From: Eledone cirrhosa
Taxonomy: Eukaryota
Reading direction: 5' to 3'
DNA: 64,000 nt
NCBI GenBank assembly: GCA_964016885.1
Contig: CAXHJY010000109.1
Coordinates: 237,713-301,712 of the forward strand
Every line of letters starts with the position of its first letter. The stretch's first letter is position 1. This document shows positions 15,700-28,980 of the stretch, in pieces. Under the pieces are notes generated by a model. It made no database searches, had not been told where the DNA came from, and was given only the letters and a program-made list of their open reading frames with translations. Position numbers and translations under genes: made by a program.

Positions 15700-16182
15700 C
15701 TCCCCCTCTATCTTCTGGTCCTACCAGATGTGAAATATATGGGTCGCGTATCCTCCTCCTCTCTCTTCTGGCCCATACCAGATGTGAGATGTATGGGTCG
15801 CGTTTCCTCCTCCTCTCTCTTCTGGCCCATACCAGATGTGAAATTTATGGGTTACGTTTCCTCCTCCTCTCTCTTCTGGCCCATACCAGATGTGAGATAT
15901 ATGGGTCGCGTTTCCTCCCCCTCTTTCTTCTGGCCCATACCAGATGTGAAATGTATGGGTCGCGTTTCCTCCTCCTCTCTCTTCTGGCCCATACCAGATG
16001 TGAAATTTATGGGTCACGTTTCCTCCTCCTCTCTCTTCTGGCCCATACCAGATGTGAGATATATGGGTTGCGTTTCCTCCCCCCTCTTTCTTCTGGTAAC
16101 AGGCTCGCACCAGATGTGAAATATACGTGTCACCCTCCCCCCCCCCTCTTCCCAGTAATAAGACCACACCAGATGTGAAATA
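15700..16182. repeat. 57-bp minisatellite, about 8 units
   Basis: CCAGATGTGA recurs every 57 bp, giving a 19-aa periodicity in the ORFs. Confidence 0.9.
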
Positions 16183-16753
16183 TAGGAACACCCTGCAAAT
16201 TTTCTGACATGTTTATATGTGGACATATTTGTACACACTTGCGTCTCGGTTACACACTTTGTATTTATATATATATATTACATATGTGTATATATTTGTA
16301 CACACTTGCATCTCGGTTACACACTTTGTACTTATATATGTATATAAATCAGTTCTGTATGAGCAATACATGGTCACCTGACCTAACATTGCCCACAACA
16401 GGACAGCTCATCTAACCCATGCTAGCGTGGGAAAATGGATGCAAAACTGATAATGGTGATGGATATATATATATAAGTATGTAAATACTTTCATTGTCTT
16501 TGTTTTGTTTTTTTTGTATTTGTTACACAAGATTTTCATGTGAAAACGTGTGTTGAAACATTTTTATACTTTGGGAGGGTCATTCTGCTAATGAGAGAAC
16601 ACACACACACCTTTTGGGTCCAATTAAATCTACTATTTTGATTGTCAAAGCTCTTTTGTCACACACATTCTATGACCTCCTCCATGTCTATTTTTATTGT
16701 TACTTTGTCTTACACCATCTTGTTTTTGGCAGTATGACCCTCTCAAAGTATAT

Positions 16754-16938
16754 TAAGTAAAAATAAAAGCCTATGCCGTATTTTGACTAAAGAAATGTTC
16801 CTGATAGTGGGGTTTAAAACCCTTGGCATACATGTACATCAATACTCATCCTTTTTCATTCAGAGGGTTTTTAATAATCCCCACTACCAGGATAATTTTT
16901 TGAGTCAAAATACAGTGTAAGCTTCTATTTCTACTGAA
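16754..16938. mobile_element. Degenerate MITE-like inverted repeat
   Basis: GTATTTTGACT..CCTGATAGTGGGG..AAAACCCT pairs with AGGGTTTT..CCCCACTACCAGG..AGTCAAAATAC. Confidence 0.55.
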
Positions 16939-16975
16939 TTTCAAACTTCACACGCTATCTTCAAAGCAAAGTTGC

Positions 16976-17010
<35 letters not shown>

Positions 17011-17095
17011 AAAAAGAAAACAGAAATAACAACACAATCGGTACAGTATATGGAAGGAATATATTAGGTTAATGCTTGAAATAGCAGGAAGAGGG

Positions 17096-17131
17096 TCTTA
17101 ATGTTTTGGACGCTAGTCCTTCATCAGAAGA
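17096..17131 (-). ncRNA. Decayed minimal hammerhead motif
   Basis: Minus strand reads TCTT-CTGATGA-A-GGAC TAGC GTCC-AAAA-CATT-AAGA. Two CpG>CpA reversions restore GAAACGTT and a canonical fold. Confidence 0.5.
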
Positions 17132-17331
17132 AATAATGAGGAATTAGATAGATTGAAGTGGGCTGAGTGGGTGGAATTGGAAAAAAATGTCTTTAGAGAA
17201 AAAAATAACAGGCCCATTCATGTTGCCATCTCTTATATATATAATTTGTTGTTGTTTTTTTTTTGTTTTTTTTTTTTGCTTGTATTTAATAATTTTATTT
17301 ATTCGCTTGTTTTCTTTTGTATGAATTTCAG

Positions 17332-17569
17332 AATGTTCGGTCCTGGAGGTTCTTGTGCGTCGTGTGGACTGAGTATTCCAGCCACAGAACTAGTGATGCG
17401 TGTACAAGGGAATGTATACCATATCAAATGTTTTACCTGTGTAACCTGCCATCACCAACTGAATCCCGGCGAACGCTTTAGCTTAGTAAACGGAAGCTTG
17501 CTCTGTGAACAAGACTACCCCAAAGTATTGAGGGGACATGTGCAGGTCCCAACCCGGTCGGCTCATAAG
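17332..17569 (+). CDS. LMO4: Exon of a LIM-only transcriptional cofactor (LMO4-like), encoding the second LIM domain
   Basis: T-rich tract and tttcag acceptor (AG 17330-17331), phase 2. From 17333 it reads MFGPGGSCASCGLSIPATELVMRVQGNVYHIKCFTCVTCHHQLNPGERFSLVNGSLLCEQDYPKVLRGHVQVPTRSAHK, with LIM signature C-x2-C-x18-H-x2-C-x2-C-x2-C-x18-C-x2-D. SIPATELVMR..GNVYH.KCFTC..NGSL.CE recalls LMO4 LIM2. Candidate donor AAG|GTATGG at 17569/17570; read-through would stop at 17612-17614. Confidence 0.9.
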
Positions 17570-17670
17570 GTATGGACAGTACAGCAGGCTCGACCTATTT
17601 GCCCCAAAAATTAGGGGGGGAAAAAAATTGTTTTAGTCAGTCAGTTCGTTGTGTTTATTGAGAGGAAACA

Positions 17671-17702
<32 letters not shown>

Positions 17703-17772
17703 TGTATCAGGGGAGAGAAAGAAATACCCAGAAAATATGTGTGTCAGGGGAGAGAAAAGGGTACCCAGAAAA

Positions 17773-17828
<56 letters not shown>

Positions 17829-17906
17829 CCGAGGGAAAGAAAGAAGGTACCCAGAATATATATATGTATATATATATGTACCGGGGGAGAGAAATAAATA
17901 CCCAGA

Positions 17907-17951
<45 letters not shown>

Positions 17952-18593
17952 GGGAGAGAAAGAAGGTACCCAGAATATATATATATGTATCAGGGGAGGG
18001 AAAGAAAGTACCCAGAAAAAAAGAAATAACCATTTTGAACATATACAGATTTTCGGGGTCTCTTTTCCATTTTTTTTTTATATATATATAAATATATACA
18101 TATATCTATTTTTCTTTCATAGTTGCTGTTTTCAAACCCTATCTCTCTCTCTCTCTCTCTATCTCCCTATCTTTCTCTCTCTCTCTCTCTCACCCTATCT
18201 CTCTCTCACCCTATCTCTCTCTCTCTCCCTATCTCTCTATCTATCTATCTCTCTCTCTATCTATCTATCTATCTTTATCAATTTCTCTACTTCCTTCTCT
18301 ATCGTTCTACCTATTTCTCTCTAATTACCTATCCCCTCTTCTCTACACCTGTCTCTTCACTTTCTAACCCCCCCCCCCTCTCTACCTACCACCTCTCTAC
18401 CTACCACCTCTCTACCTATCTATCTTGTATGTAATACATCTATTTTTCTTTTTTATACGCTATGCTTTCAACATAAGTACATACTGCTTTCATACACCAT
18501 CTGACATGTACATATACATACATACTCATATATATATATACACATGCATATCATAATTTGAAACCCTTTAAATTCTTTTATTCTACACACTTG

Positions 18594-18628
<35 letters not shown>

Positions 18629-19059
18629 ATTCCTTCCGTCCTGTATGTTCAGAATCTCATATGCAAATTTTCCTCCACAACAACAACAACAAGGTGAACA
18701 CCCCCCCCCCCCCCACACACACACACACACCCACACACCCCCACCCCTAGGTTGTATCTCAGCTTAGTAAGAAATAAATAGTAGTCATATTATACTTGGG
18801 CAGGGGCTCCGTGAACTCCTTAGGGAATTGTGGGTGTTTAAACCTGTCAGAGTATCCATCCCTCCCCCTCACCAAGACTGACTGTACACAACCAACTTTT
18901 TCCAGAGAAAGACAGTGTATGTATGAGAAAGAGAGGGAGAGAGTGTGAAAGGCAAAGAATTTTACCTCAGTATAAAACTGGTATATAATTATTTGACCCT
19001 CAAACGGATGAAAGGCATATATATGACCATGTGGAAGGTTCTTCAGAAGTAAGGGGTCG

Positions 19060-19430
19060 ATGGTCAGCTTCTTGCTGCCCTAATGTCTCTACACAAATGC
19101 CCAATGTTCAGATAAATGGTACTAAATCGAAACCATTCAATGTGGGAATCGGACTCCACCAAGGGTACGTACTGTCACCTCTCCTGTTCATTATTTATAT
19201 GAACAGGATTGACATACGCAGCAGAGGTGGAGTGGTATCATGACTGGTGGGTGTAAAATCAGTCAGCTTGAATTTGCAGACGACATGGTATTACTTAACT
19301 CGACAGAAGGTAATCTTGGACTTGCCCTCGATAGGTTTCCTGCCGAGTGCTGCGAAAACTGAGACACTCGTCCTCTCAATGAAGTTTGTACAGTGGCTCT
19401 ACATGAAAATAGAGTTTCACTGAAACAACC
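19060..19430 (+). mobile_element. RTE-clade LINE reverse transcriptase fragment (frameshifted)
   Basis: VQINGTKSKPFNVGIGLHQGYVLSPLLFIIYM, then in another frame KISQLEFADDMVLL (QG..LSP and FADD RT motifs). Confidence 0.8.
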
Positions 19431-20196
19431 ACACTCATCATGTTTATGTCAGCTCTTCCATGCTGGCATGGGTTGGAGGAAACTTTTTGAGGCTGTGTCA
19501 TTTGGCTAAGTGCAAGCTCTTTGTGATAACAAACCCCTTGTAGTTCCAGCTAAATCATGTCAAAAAAATCTCCATTTCCAAATGGCTAAATGTCTGCAGA
19601 AGGGCACCCAGGAGTCAAGACCTGGATGTGGCCTGACCCCTTTAGAGTGTAAGAAGCTAAGGACCGAAACACTTGCTTGTGGAGGGTTGTTTTTTCTCTG
19701 AATACCTTCTGTTGGCCAGCTCTCCTGAGAGTTTCTTACCATTATTTATATATATATATATATATATAGTGTGTGGAAGAACGGATATAAAACGGTGATG
19801 ATGATACACACACACACACACACACACACCCATGCTAGCGTTGAAGATGGACGTTAAATGATGATATATATCATCATCATCATCATCATCATCACCGTTT
19901 TACGTCCGTTCTTCCACGCTAGCATGGGTTAGACGGGTTGTCCTGTTGTGGGCAGTGTCTGGTCGGCTGACCATGCCTTGCTCATACAGGAACTGATTTG
20001 GCTTGATCTCTACAGCTGGATGCCCTATATATATATATATATGTGTGTCTATATATATATATATATATATGTGTGTGTATATATATTAGTTTTGTGGTTA
20101 AGTGTAGATCAATAAAAAAAGTGTAATTCTCAGCATCTGGTATGTATAGTCTGATAAAGGTAATACATTGATAAGGAAGTTAGTTACCTCCCCCTG

Positions 20197-20237
<41 letters not shown>

Positions 20238-20634
20238 ACTGGTCTTTTCTGTTCACTTATGTATATACATTACAACCTCTCTCTCTCTCACACACATACA
20301 CACATGTACATATACACTTTCACACAGACATGTATATACACATACAATGAAAACAAGGCCCATGGATTTGATATATTTTGTTTTGTTCTTTATGAGGGTG
20401 GGATGGTGGTGAAAGTGTGTGTGTTTGGGGTTCTTTTGTAAATTGTGAAGCTTGGTCCCTTGGTCCACTGCCCTGGTCTGTTGATGTGGGTGGGAATTGA
20501 TCCCTTCCCCTCTGTATATATACAACACTTCATACCCCCCCCCCCCCATCCCACTGCCACCTTTGTCATGGATTTAGATTTATTTGGAAATAAGGTGTGT
20601 ATGTATATATATGTGTGTGTGTGTGTGTGTTTGT

Positions 20635-20679
<45 letters not shown>

Positions 20680-20749
20680 GTGAATATATATAGAGAGAGA
20701 TAGATATGTGTGTATGTGTATATATATATATATATAATGTGTGTATGTG

Positions 20750-20784
<35 letters not shown>

Positions 20785-21223
20785 GTGTATATATATATAT
20801 AGAGAGAGAGAGATATGTGTGTATGTATATATATATATAATGCATATGTATATATACATGTGTATATATATATAAATGTATATATATATATAGATATGTG
20901 TGTATGTATATATATGTGTATATATAGATATGTGTATATATAGATATGTGTACATATATAGATATGTGTACATATATATATATATATATATGTGTATATA
21001 TATACATGTGTGTGTTTTATATAATGTGTAGGTTTTTCAATTTGTAATGTTGCTCCACACCCCCACTCTTTCCACCCCATCCCCCACCCCATTCCCCTTC
21101 TACCCCATTCCGCCACCCATTATATATTGATTGATGATTAATTCATTATTAATCATATTGATTGATTGATTATTGATCTGGGGTCACATATGGATCATAC
21201 TCTGGAAATCTGTCTTTTTTTTA

Positions 21224-21280
<57 letters not shown>

Positions 21281-21493
21281 GTATTTATATACATATATGC
21301 ACACATATATATATGTATATATACACATACGGATATATATATATACATATATATACACACGCATATATATATATATATATATATTAGAACTTCCATTGAA
21401 CTATCCACCTGTTCCCTGTATAATGTATATTTACCCCTCACACACACTGACACATATTCACTCACACATACTTATACATGTAAATACATACAT

Positions 21494-21541
<48 letters not shown>

Positions 21542-23521
21542 AACTGCCTCATGCATATAACACACTTACAAACGTACAAACATACAAATAAGATAACTGT
21601 ACACATACCTACACATGTAAGATACCTACCCACACACACACATATGATATCTACCCACACACACACTATCCCTCAATCACCAATATTTTTTTCTTTTCAC
21701 ATTTTAGATAAATATTAAAACAATATTCTTAAATCTTTAAGATAAATCCTTGTTTTTAAGACTCATCTTTGTATTTTTAAGACTTAAATCCTTTGTTGAT
21801 AATACATATATCATATTTTTTAAGACATCCTCTGTTTTAAGATACATCTTATGTTATTAAGACCATAGTACTGTTTTTAAGATACATCTTATGTTTTTAT
21901 GACCAAGTTCCATATTTTTAAGAACTCATGTTTTTAAGATCATATTTCTGTTTCTAAGATATATCCTATATTCTTAAGACATACATTTATGATGTCTTAG
22001 TGGCCTTGTTTTGATTTCTTCTGTTTTCCTTTCCCTTTTTTTTTTGCTTATTTATATTTATTTTAGCATTTTTATTCACCACAAATAATTATTATTATTA
22101 TTAACAAGGGTGTGATGGTTGACTGAATCAGTAGAGCGACAGTCATAGTCCAATTATTGATGATCATCGTTGGCTTTCATCGTTTTGAGGAGTCAATAAC
22201 TGGCCTAGTGGTAAGGCTGTTGGACTTAAGATTATAATGTTGTGGGTTTGATTCCTGGGTTGTCTCTTATGTTCTTGAGCAAAAACACTTCATTTCACAT
22301 TGCTCCGGTATACTCAGCTAAAACTGAGTACCAGCAATAGCTTGGGGTTTAACCCGGCAAGGAAATCAGGATAAACACCAGCTTGTTGAGCCTCCAAGAT
22401 TGAGACTTTAATTCTGCGAGGGACTGGTGTTCTCTCCTGGTGGAAGTAAGTATATACCGCGAAGGAAACAAGGATAAGCAGCACTGGCCTAATGGTCCTC
22501 AAGGCTTGACACACTTGAGATCCAAATACTGAGATTAATTGCCTTCCCCCACATACAAAACAGATTCTGGCCTTGTCTCTAAATTAGAAACCATTATTAT
22601 TATTATTATGGGTGTGGGGCCCAACAGAATCGGTTGAGTGACACCTGAACCACATAAACTGACATTCTGGGTTCAAATTCTGCCACAGTCAGGCCGGACT
22701 TTTATCCTTCATCAGGTTGGTCCCATAAAGTACCAGTCATGTCCTGGGGTATGATATGATGTACCCCCCCCCCCACACACACCCTCAACATCACCACCAT
22801 CTCCATCAAATATGCCTGGCCTTATACTGCTATTGCAAAGCATCACCTTTATCATCATCATCATCATCATCAATATAACAATTGTTATTTCCCCTACCTT
22901 TCTGTGGTAATTAACGAAAGGGGTCACCACTGCTCCCTTTATCCCCCCCCCCGCTCTGTGGTTTCAGTTCAAATCTCACTGCACCCCACCCACACTTATT
23001 ATTTTTCTTGAAGTACCTGTTATATACTGGGGTTTCTGTCTTCAATTGACAGCTACACCCTTTTTCCTATGAAATAAATATAGGTCTTGTGTTTATAGAA
23101 GAAAACAATGACATTGATGGTGATAATAATAATAATAATCATTAGTCAGTATAATACCATAGCTGTAATATACTGGGGTTTGACAAGCTATATATAATAT
23201 AAACCGAGGCTGGGCAAGGGTGTTTGTTATGCAGTTTAAAATTTGAGTAAAAACATACAACATGTGGCGTAGTGGTAAGTGTGTTCGACTTACGATCATG
23301 CCATAGAAACTGGTATAAGAAGAGAGCTGATGAGTCTCTGAGCTCGAGAGAGACTTTAACCCTGCGATGGACTGGTGTCCTGTGCAGGGGAAGTCTTGTA
23401 CTCTCAATTAACGCCACAGAAACTGGTATAGGCAGAAGACTGATGAGTCTCTCAGCTTGAGACAAGCTTCTATATAAAACCCACATTAAGTTATTCCAAG
23501 TAATCACCACAATATAATTAA

Positions 23522-23720
23522 CCCTTTTGATAGCAACCCTGCCAAAACTGACTCTAGCTTTATGAAACAAAACCCTTATTTTAAAGGGTCTTCGTTAAGT
23601 TGTTGCAAATACTATTTTCATAATAAAATAATTTAGTAATTTTAGTAAATTCCTGCAAATTGTTCATTAAATAATTAAAATATAATAATGTATGTCATTA
23701 GAAATTCAGTAACGAAAGGG
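23522..23720. mobile_element. piggyBac-like MITE, second family
   Basis: TTAA|CCCTTTTG...CGAAAGGG|TTAA. Related 3' parts are reiterated at 29400-29970 and 47700-48720. Confidence 0.6.
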
Positions 23721-25014
23721 TTAAAGAGTTAATGTAAAACATTTAATGTTAATGGGTGGCAATTATAATAATGATAATCTCAATTAATTAGTTTTATGTT
23801 TTTTTAATTTTGGATTTCTTTCTGTTTAAGAAAAATTGTGTTGCATTTAAAAATATATATTCTCTCTTTTTTAACTTTTTTTTAAAAAAGAAAACTTTTT
23901 TTTCAACCAAAAGACTTAATTTTTACCATTTTTTTTTTGTTTTTTACCCCCCCCCCCCCCGGTTTCCTTTTTTTAAAATAAAACCAAAATAAATATATAT
24001 AAAAAAAAAAACAACTCCAAACCTACAAACCCACCTTTGATTGTGTTTTTTGCCACCAATAATTTCTCGTTAATCTACCAATCAAACTCTGTATAAATAT
24101 TTCCTATCAAAGAAAGAAACAATAAAAAACAAACATATTGATCTTTTCACTTAGATCAATAATTTGTATTGAAAAAAAATTTACTTAAGTGATTGATTTT
24201 TACATGTTCTTATTGAATTGTTGTTGTTCTTGTTGTTGTTGCACTGTGTTTTGTGTGGGCATACTGTATATGTGTGTGTGGTGTATGCTGTATATATATA
24301 TATATATGGCTTTAGGACATCCTATGAAAAGTACATGCCCTAAACCTGGTTATTTTGCCCTCAAAGCTGGCATTCACTATGGTTTAGCTGGCTGTTAAGA
24401 GATCCTATGAGAAGAGATAAAGTGATAAATGTTGTCCTTACCCAATTAAACCTCATGAAGGATATGACACAGGAGCAGGACCTCTGGTACCATGTTGTAC
24501 TGCAGAAGACCCCCCCCAAGACACACTAGCTTGCAGCTATCCTCTCCCCATTACATCTCCCCTTTTAATACCGCACACACACACCTGCTAAATAACCCAC
24601 ACACCTAATTGATGTCAAACTCACCTGATCCTCACCTGCTCTGTCTGTGAACGCTTGACACACTCAATCTCAGACTACCCACAATGCTGTGCCATGGAAA
24701 AAAAAAAAAAAATCTCCCAGTCCACACTATAAAGTGATCGTGATGTTGACATGAGAAAAAAACACCTCATTGACAATGTAAGATGGTTGACGTTAAGAGG
24801 AGCATCTAGCCACAGAAACCAAACCAAAATACAGATCTGTTTAGCAACGCGTGGTCTCCGAACTTCATTAGCCTCGTAACATGACAACTCGTCTAACCCA
24901 TGCTAGCATAGAAAATGGACATTAAATGATGATGTGTCTATGTGTGTTGTGTACAAGTAAATAATAGATATTTGTTGTGTGTGTCTGTGTGTGTGTATAT
25001 ATATATATATCATT

Positions 25015-25364
25015 CATCATCATCATCATCATCATTTCATTTTACGTCCACTTTTTCCCTGCTTGCAAGGGTGGGACGGGAACCGATTCTGGCTTGATTT
25101 CTACAGCTGGATGCCCTTCCTAACACCAACCTCATTTACAGTGAGTGCTGGGTGCTTTTTTTGCCGTGGCACTTCCACGACCACTTTGCAGTGGAATGAT
25201 AGGGACCCCAGTCCCTATCATCTCATTTCTACAGCTGAGTAAACTGGAGCACTGTGAAATAAAGTGTCTTGCTCAAGGAAACAACACATCACCCGGTCTG
25301 AGAATTGAACTCACAACCTTTCAATTGCAAGGCCAATGCTCTAACCACTAAGCCATGTGCCTCC
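25015..25364 (-). mobile_element. SINE family A, full length, inverted relative to 26369-26704
   Basis: Near-identical reverse complement of 26369-26704. Confidence 0.85.
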
Positions 25365-25614
25365 ATATATATATAGGAACGATCGACTTTCGTCAAATCG
25401 GACCGAGGGAACAATGTTTCCGTTGGTCTTTCCAATTGCTAATACCATCTATTGGTCGCAACTCCAGGTAGAAGGAGGAACGTGAAATAAAGTGTCTTGC
25501 TCAAGGACATAACACATCGACTGGTCCAGGAATCGAACTCACAACCTTACGATTGCGAATCCAATTCTCTAACCACTCAGCCACACGCCTTCACTTCATA
25601 TATATATATATATG

Positions 25615-25708
<94 letters not shown>

Positions 25709-25741
25709 TATATATATTATATATATATATATAATATATAT

Positions 25742-25775
<34 letters not shown>

Positions 25776-25817
25776 ATATATATATATAATATATATATAT
25801 ATATATAAAATATATAT

Positions 25818-25851
<34 letters not shown>

Positions 25852-25974
25852 ATATATATAATATATATATATATAATATATATATATATATATTACAGGG
25901 TAATACAGGGTACCCGACCTCCCATGGGTACATGCTGAAGCATATAAACAATATGCCCCCCCCCCCCACCGCAA

Positions 25975-26241
25975 GGTGGTCGTGGAGGTGCCACGGCAAA
26001 AAAGCACCCAGCCCACACTGTAAAGTGGACGTGTAGGCGCCACGAAAAAGCACCCAGCACTCACTGTAAATGAGGTTGGTGTTAGGAAGGGCATCCAGCT
26101 GTAGAAATCAAGCCAGATCAGTTCCTGTATGAGCAAGGCATGGTCAGCCGACCAGACACTGCCCACAACAGGACAACCCGTCTAACCCATGCTAGCGTGG
26201 AAGAACGGACGTAAAACGGTGATGATGATGATGATGATGAT
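25975..26241 (+). mobile_element. SINE family A 3' fragment
   Basis: AAAAGCACCCAG units, GGAAGGGCATCCAGCTGTAGA and (GAT)n tail. The 3' part is the reverse complement of 19871-20025. Confidence 0.75.
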
Positions 26242-26316
26242 ATATATAATATATATATAATATATATATAATATATATATATATATAATATATATATATA
26301 TATATAATATATATAT

Positions 26317-26368
<52 letters not shown>

Positions 26369-26370
<2 letters not shown>

Positions 26371-26704
26371 AGGTACATGGCTTAGTGGTTAGAGCATTGG
26401 CCTTGCAATCGAATGGTTGTGAGTTCAATTCTCAGACTGGTGATGTGTTGTTTCCTTGAGCAAGACACTTTATTTCACATTGCTCCAGTTTACTCAGCTG
26501 TAGAAATGAGATGATAGGGACTGGGGTCCATATCATTCCACTGCAAAGTGGTCTTGGAGGTGCCACAGCAAAAAAAGCACCCAGCACTCACTGTAAATGA
26601 GGTTGGTGTTAGGAAGGACATCCAGCTGTAGAAATCAAGCCAGAATCAGTTCCCGTCCCACCCTTGCAAGCAGGGAAAAAGTGGACGTAAAATGAAATGA
26701 TGAT
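26369..26704 (+). mobile_element. SINE family A, full length
   Basis: Same head, centre and tail layout as 61613-62003. Confidence 0.85.
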
Positions 26705-27433
26705 ATATATATAATATATATATATAATATATATATATATTATATATATATATATTATATATATATATATATATTATATATATATATAATATTATATATA
26801 TATATAATATTATATATATATATAATATTATATATATATATAATATTATATATTGTATTCCACCTGATTGTGGTGGGGCTGATAATGTAGTTAGAACTCA
26901 ATGTGTCCTTGCAGCAAGATATGGCAGTAGTTCTTGTGGTAGAGGATCACCTCAAAGAAGGTCCATCTAGGTTACAGAGTCACTTACATATATGTGTTTG
27001 TGTAAAGAGCAATGAAAAAAAGACTGAAGTCAGGTGTAGGTAGTTAATTAGTTTGTTGTTTTACGCTCATTTCAGGGGGGTCGACTGATCATGGAAGCAC
27101 GATGTATTGACAAGCATGGAAATGGGGTCAAGTTGCGACCTATTTCTACTCTCAAAATTTAACAATTATTTTTAGTTGATGGAATTGTGTGTAAGCAGCA
27201 GTTGACTGATACTAGCAGGATGCTATGGTTTGTGGGGTCATAAATAAAATAGTTGTTTAGTGTGATGGTCAAAATTGTAGTTGGAGAGGGGGCTAGGTGG
27301 AGACGAGATCTATTTTATCCCATTTCAGCATAACTATTACCATGCTAGTAGATACATTGATCTTGCAGGATCAATTGATCAATCAACCCCCTGAAACGAC
27401 CTACATCTGGCTTCAGTCTTATTTTAAATCCAT

Positions 27434-27477
<44 letters not shown>

Positions 27478-28729
27478 TGTATTTAAAGATCCCCTTCAGT
27501 CACGAAGGACCCTGGGATTTACACCAAGAAAGTTCTCCTCCAAGGCACAAGTCCAGGCAATGTTGTTTATGAAAGACCAGTAATCACCCATACATACCAG
27601 TTTCTCCTCTCCAAGGGAAAGGCATTGACTGATACAGCTTGGCACCAGTGACATGACAACATATATATATATATATACTCTATATATACACTATATATTC
27701 TATATATACACTATATATGTTGTTGTCCAAGGGAAAGGCAATGACTGATACAGCTTGGCACCAGTGACATGACAACATATATATTTATACTCTCTATATC
27801 CTCTATATATTCTATATATACACTATATATTCTATATATAGACTATATATATTGTTCTCTAATATATACACTATATGTTGTTGTCCAAGAGAAAGGCAAT
27901 GACCAATACAGTTTGGCACCAATGACCTCACAACTCATTTCTATAGTTGAGTAAACTGGAGCAACATGAAATAAAGTGTCTTGCTCAAGGACACAACACA
28001 TCACCTAGTTTGAAAATTGAACTCACAACCTCACGATTGCAAGCCCAATGCTCTAACCACATCAATTGTATGTATGTATATGTAAATAATGTATTGTATA
28101 TGATGTTGCTGTTGTTTCCCATTTGGAGTTGAAATTCTCTCCATTATATTTTTGCATGTGAGGAAGATTTTACTTACTACTGTTGTAGTAGTGGTGATAG
28201 TGTTGTAGTGGTGGTGATAGTGTTGTAGTGGTGGTGATAATGGTGGTGGTGGTTGTGGTAGCAGTAGTGTTGATAGTAGTAGTAGTGGTGGTGGTTTTAC
28301 TAATAGTGGTGTGGCTGGTGGTAATAGTTGTAGTAATGGTGGTAGTAGCAGTGGTTGTTAGCTGATGTAAAGTTAGTATTTTTTAAGCCATAGAAGTTCC
28401 ATGTCTCCTGTGATGTTAAATGACTGAGCCAACAAGACTTCCATCAACACCACCTGGATAGGATGATAGTCCATTTCAAAGTTAACTTCCTCTGTGGCTG
28501 TTGTTCCAGCTGAGTCAACTGAAAGCAACATAAAATGAAGTACCCTAACCCTGGAACCAAATACTACCCAATGCTGATATTGAACTCACCACCTTCTGAC
28601 TATTTTCTCAAGAAATCATACATATCACAGTCTCATTTATAAAAATATGGTCACCAAATATTTGAAATCTGCATTTCTCTCACCATACACTACTCTGAGG
28701 TATGTATCTTCTTCTTGTGATCTGTTTAC

Positions 28730-28980
28730 GGCTAACTCAACTGAGCTGACAACAGTTTGAAGTATCAGTTGCTCTCCAATAGGTTTGTGGTCAAACCTGC
28801 AGCAGTAGAGACTTCTGGTGTTCTTGGTCCCTGGACCACCTCCCTACATACTTTTATCAGGGTGATGGCCACCCACATGAGCAAGCGTCACTGGTTGGAA
28901 TGGCTATACCAACAGGTCTCCCTAGCCATTATCCGAGGCAATATTTTCTCTATTCTGTCCTATGCTGGGAGCACAAAGCG
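28730..28980 (+). mobile_element. CRE-like non-LTR retrotransposon C-terminal (restriction-like endonuclease) fragment
   Basis: KYQLL..F..KPAAVETSGVLG....WLYQQVSLAIIRGNIFSIL matches the P.AVET.G..G / Q..S.AI.RGN pattern of CRE elements. Confidence 0.65.

Noticed and set aside
17153-17331. N-terminal part of the 153-aa ORF
   Set aside because: Intronic T-rich sequence upstream of the acceptor; LIM similarity starts at 17332.
18653-18693. Possible small exon after the LIM exon
   Set aside because: Weak donor, low-complexity content and no recognisable LMO C-terminus.
20140-20190. Hammerhead at CTGATAA
   Set aside because: Core mismatch and no downstream GAAA or stem III.
23740-24260. 3' UTR or terminal exon of the LMO4-like gene
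   Set aside because: AT-rich unique sequence, but no supportable acceptor or coding end.
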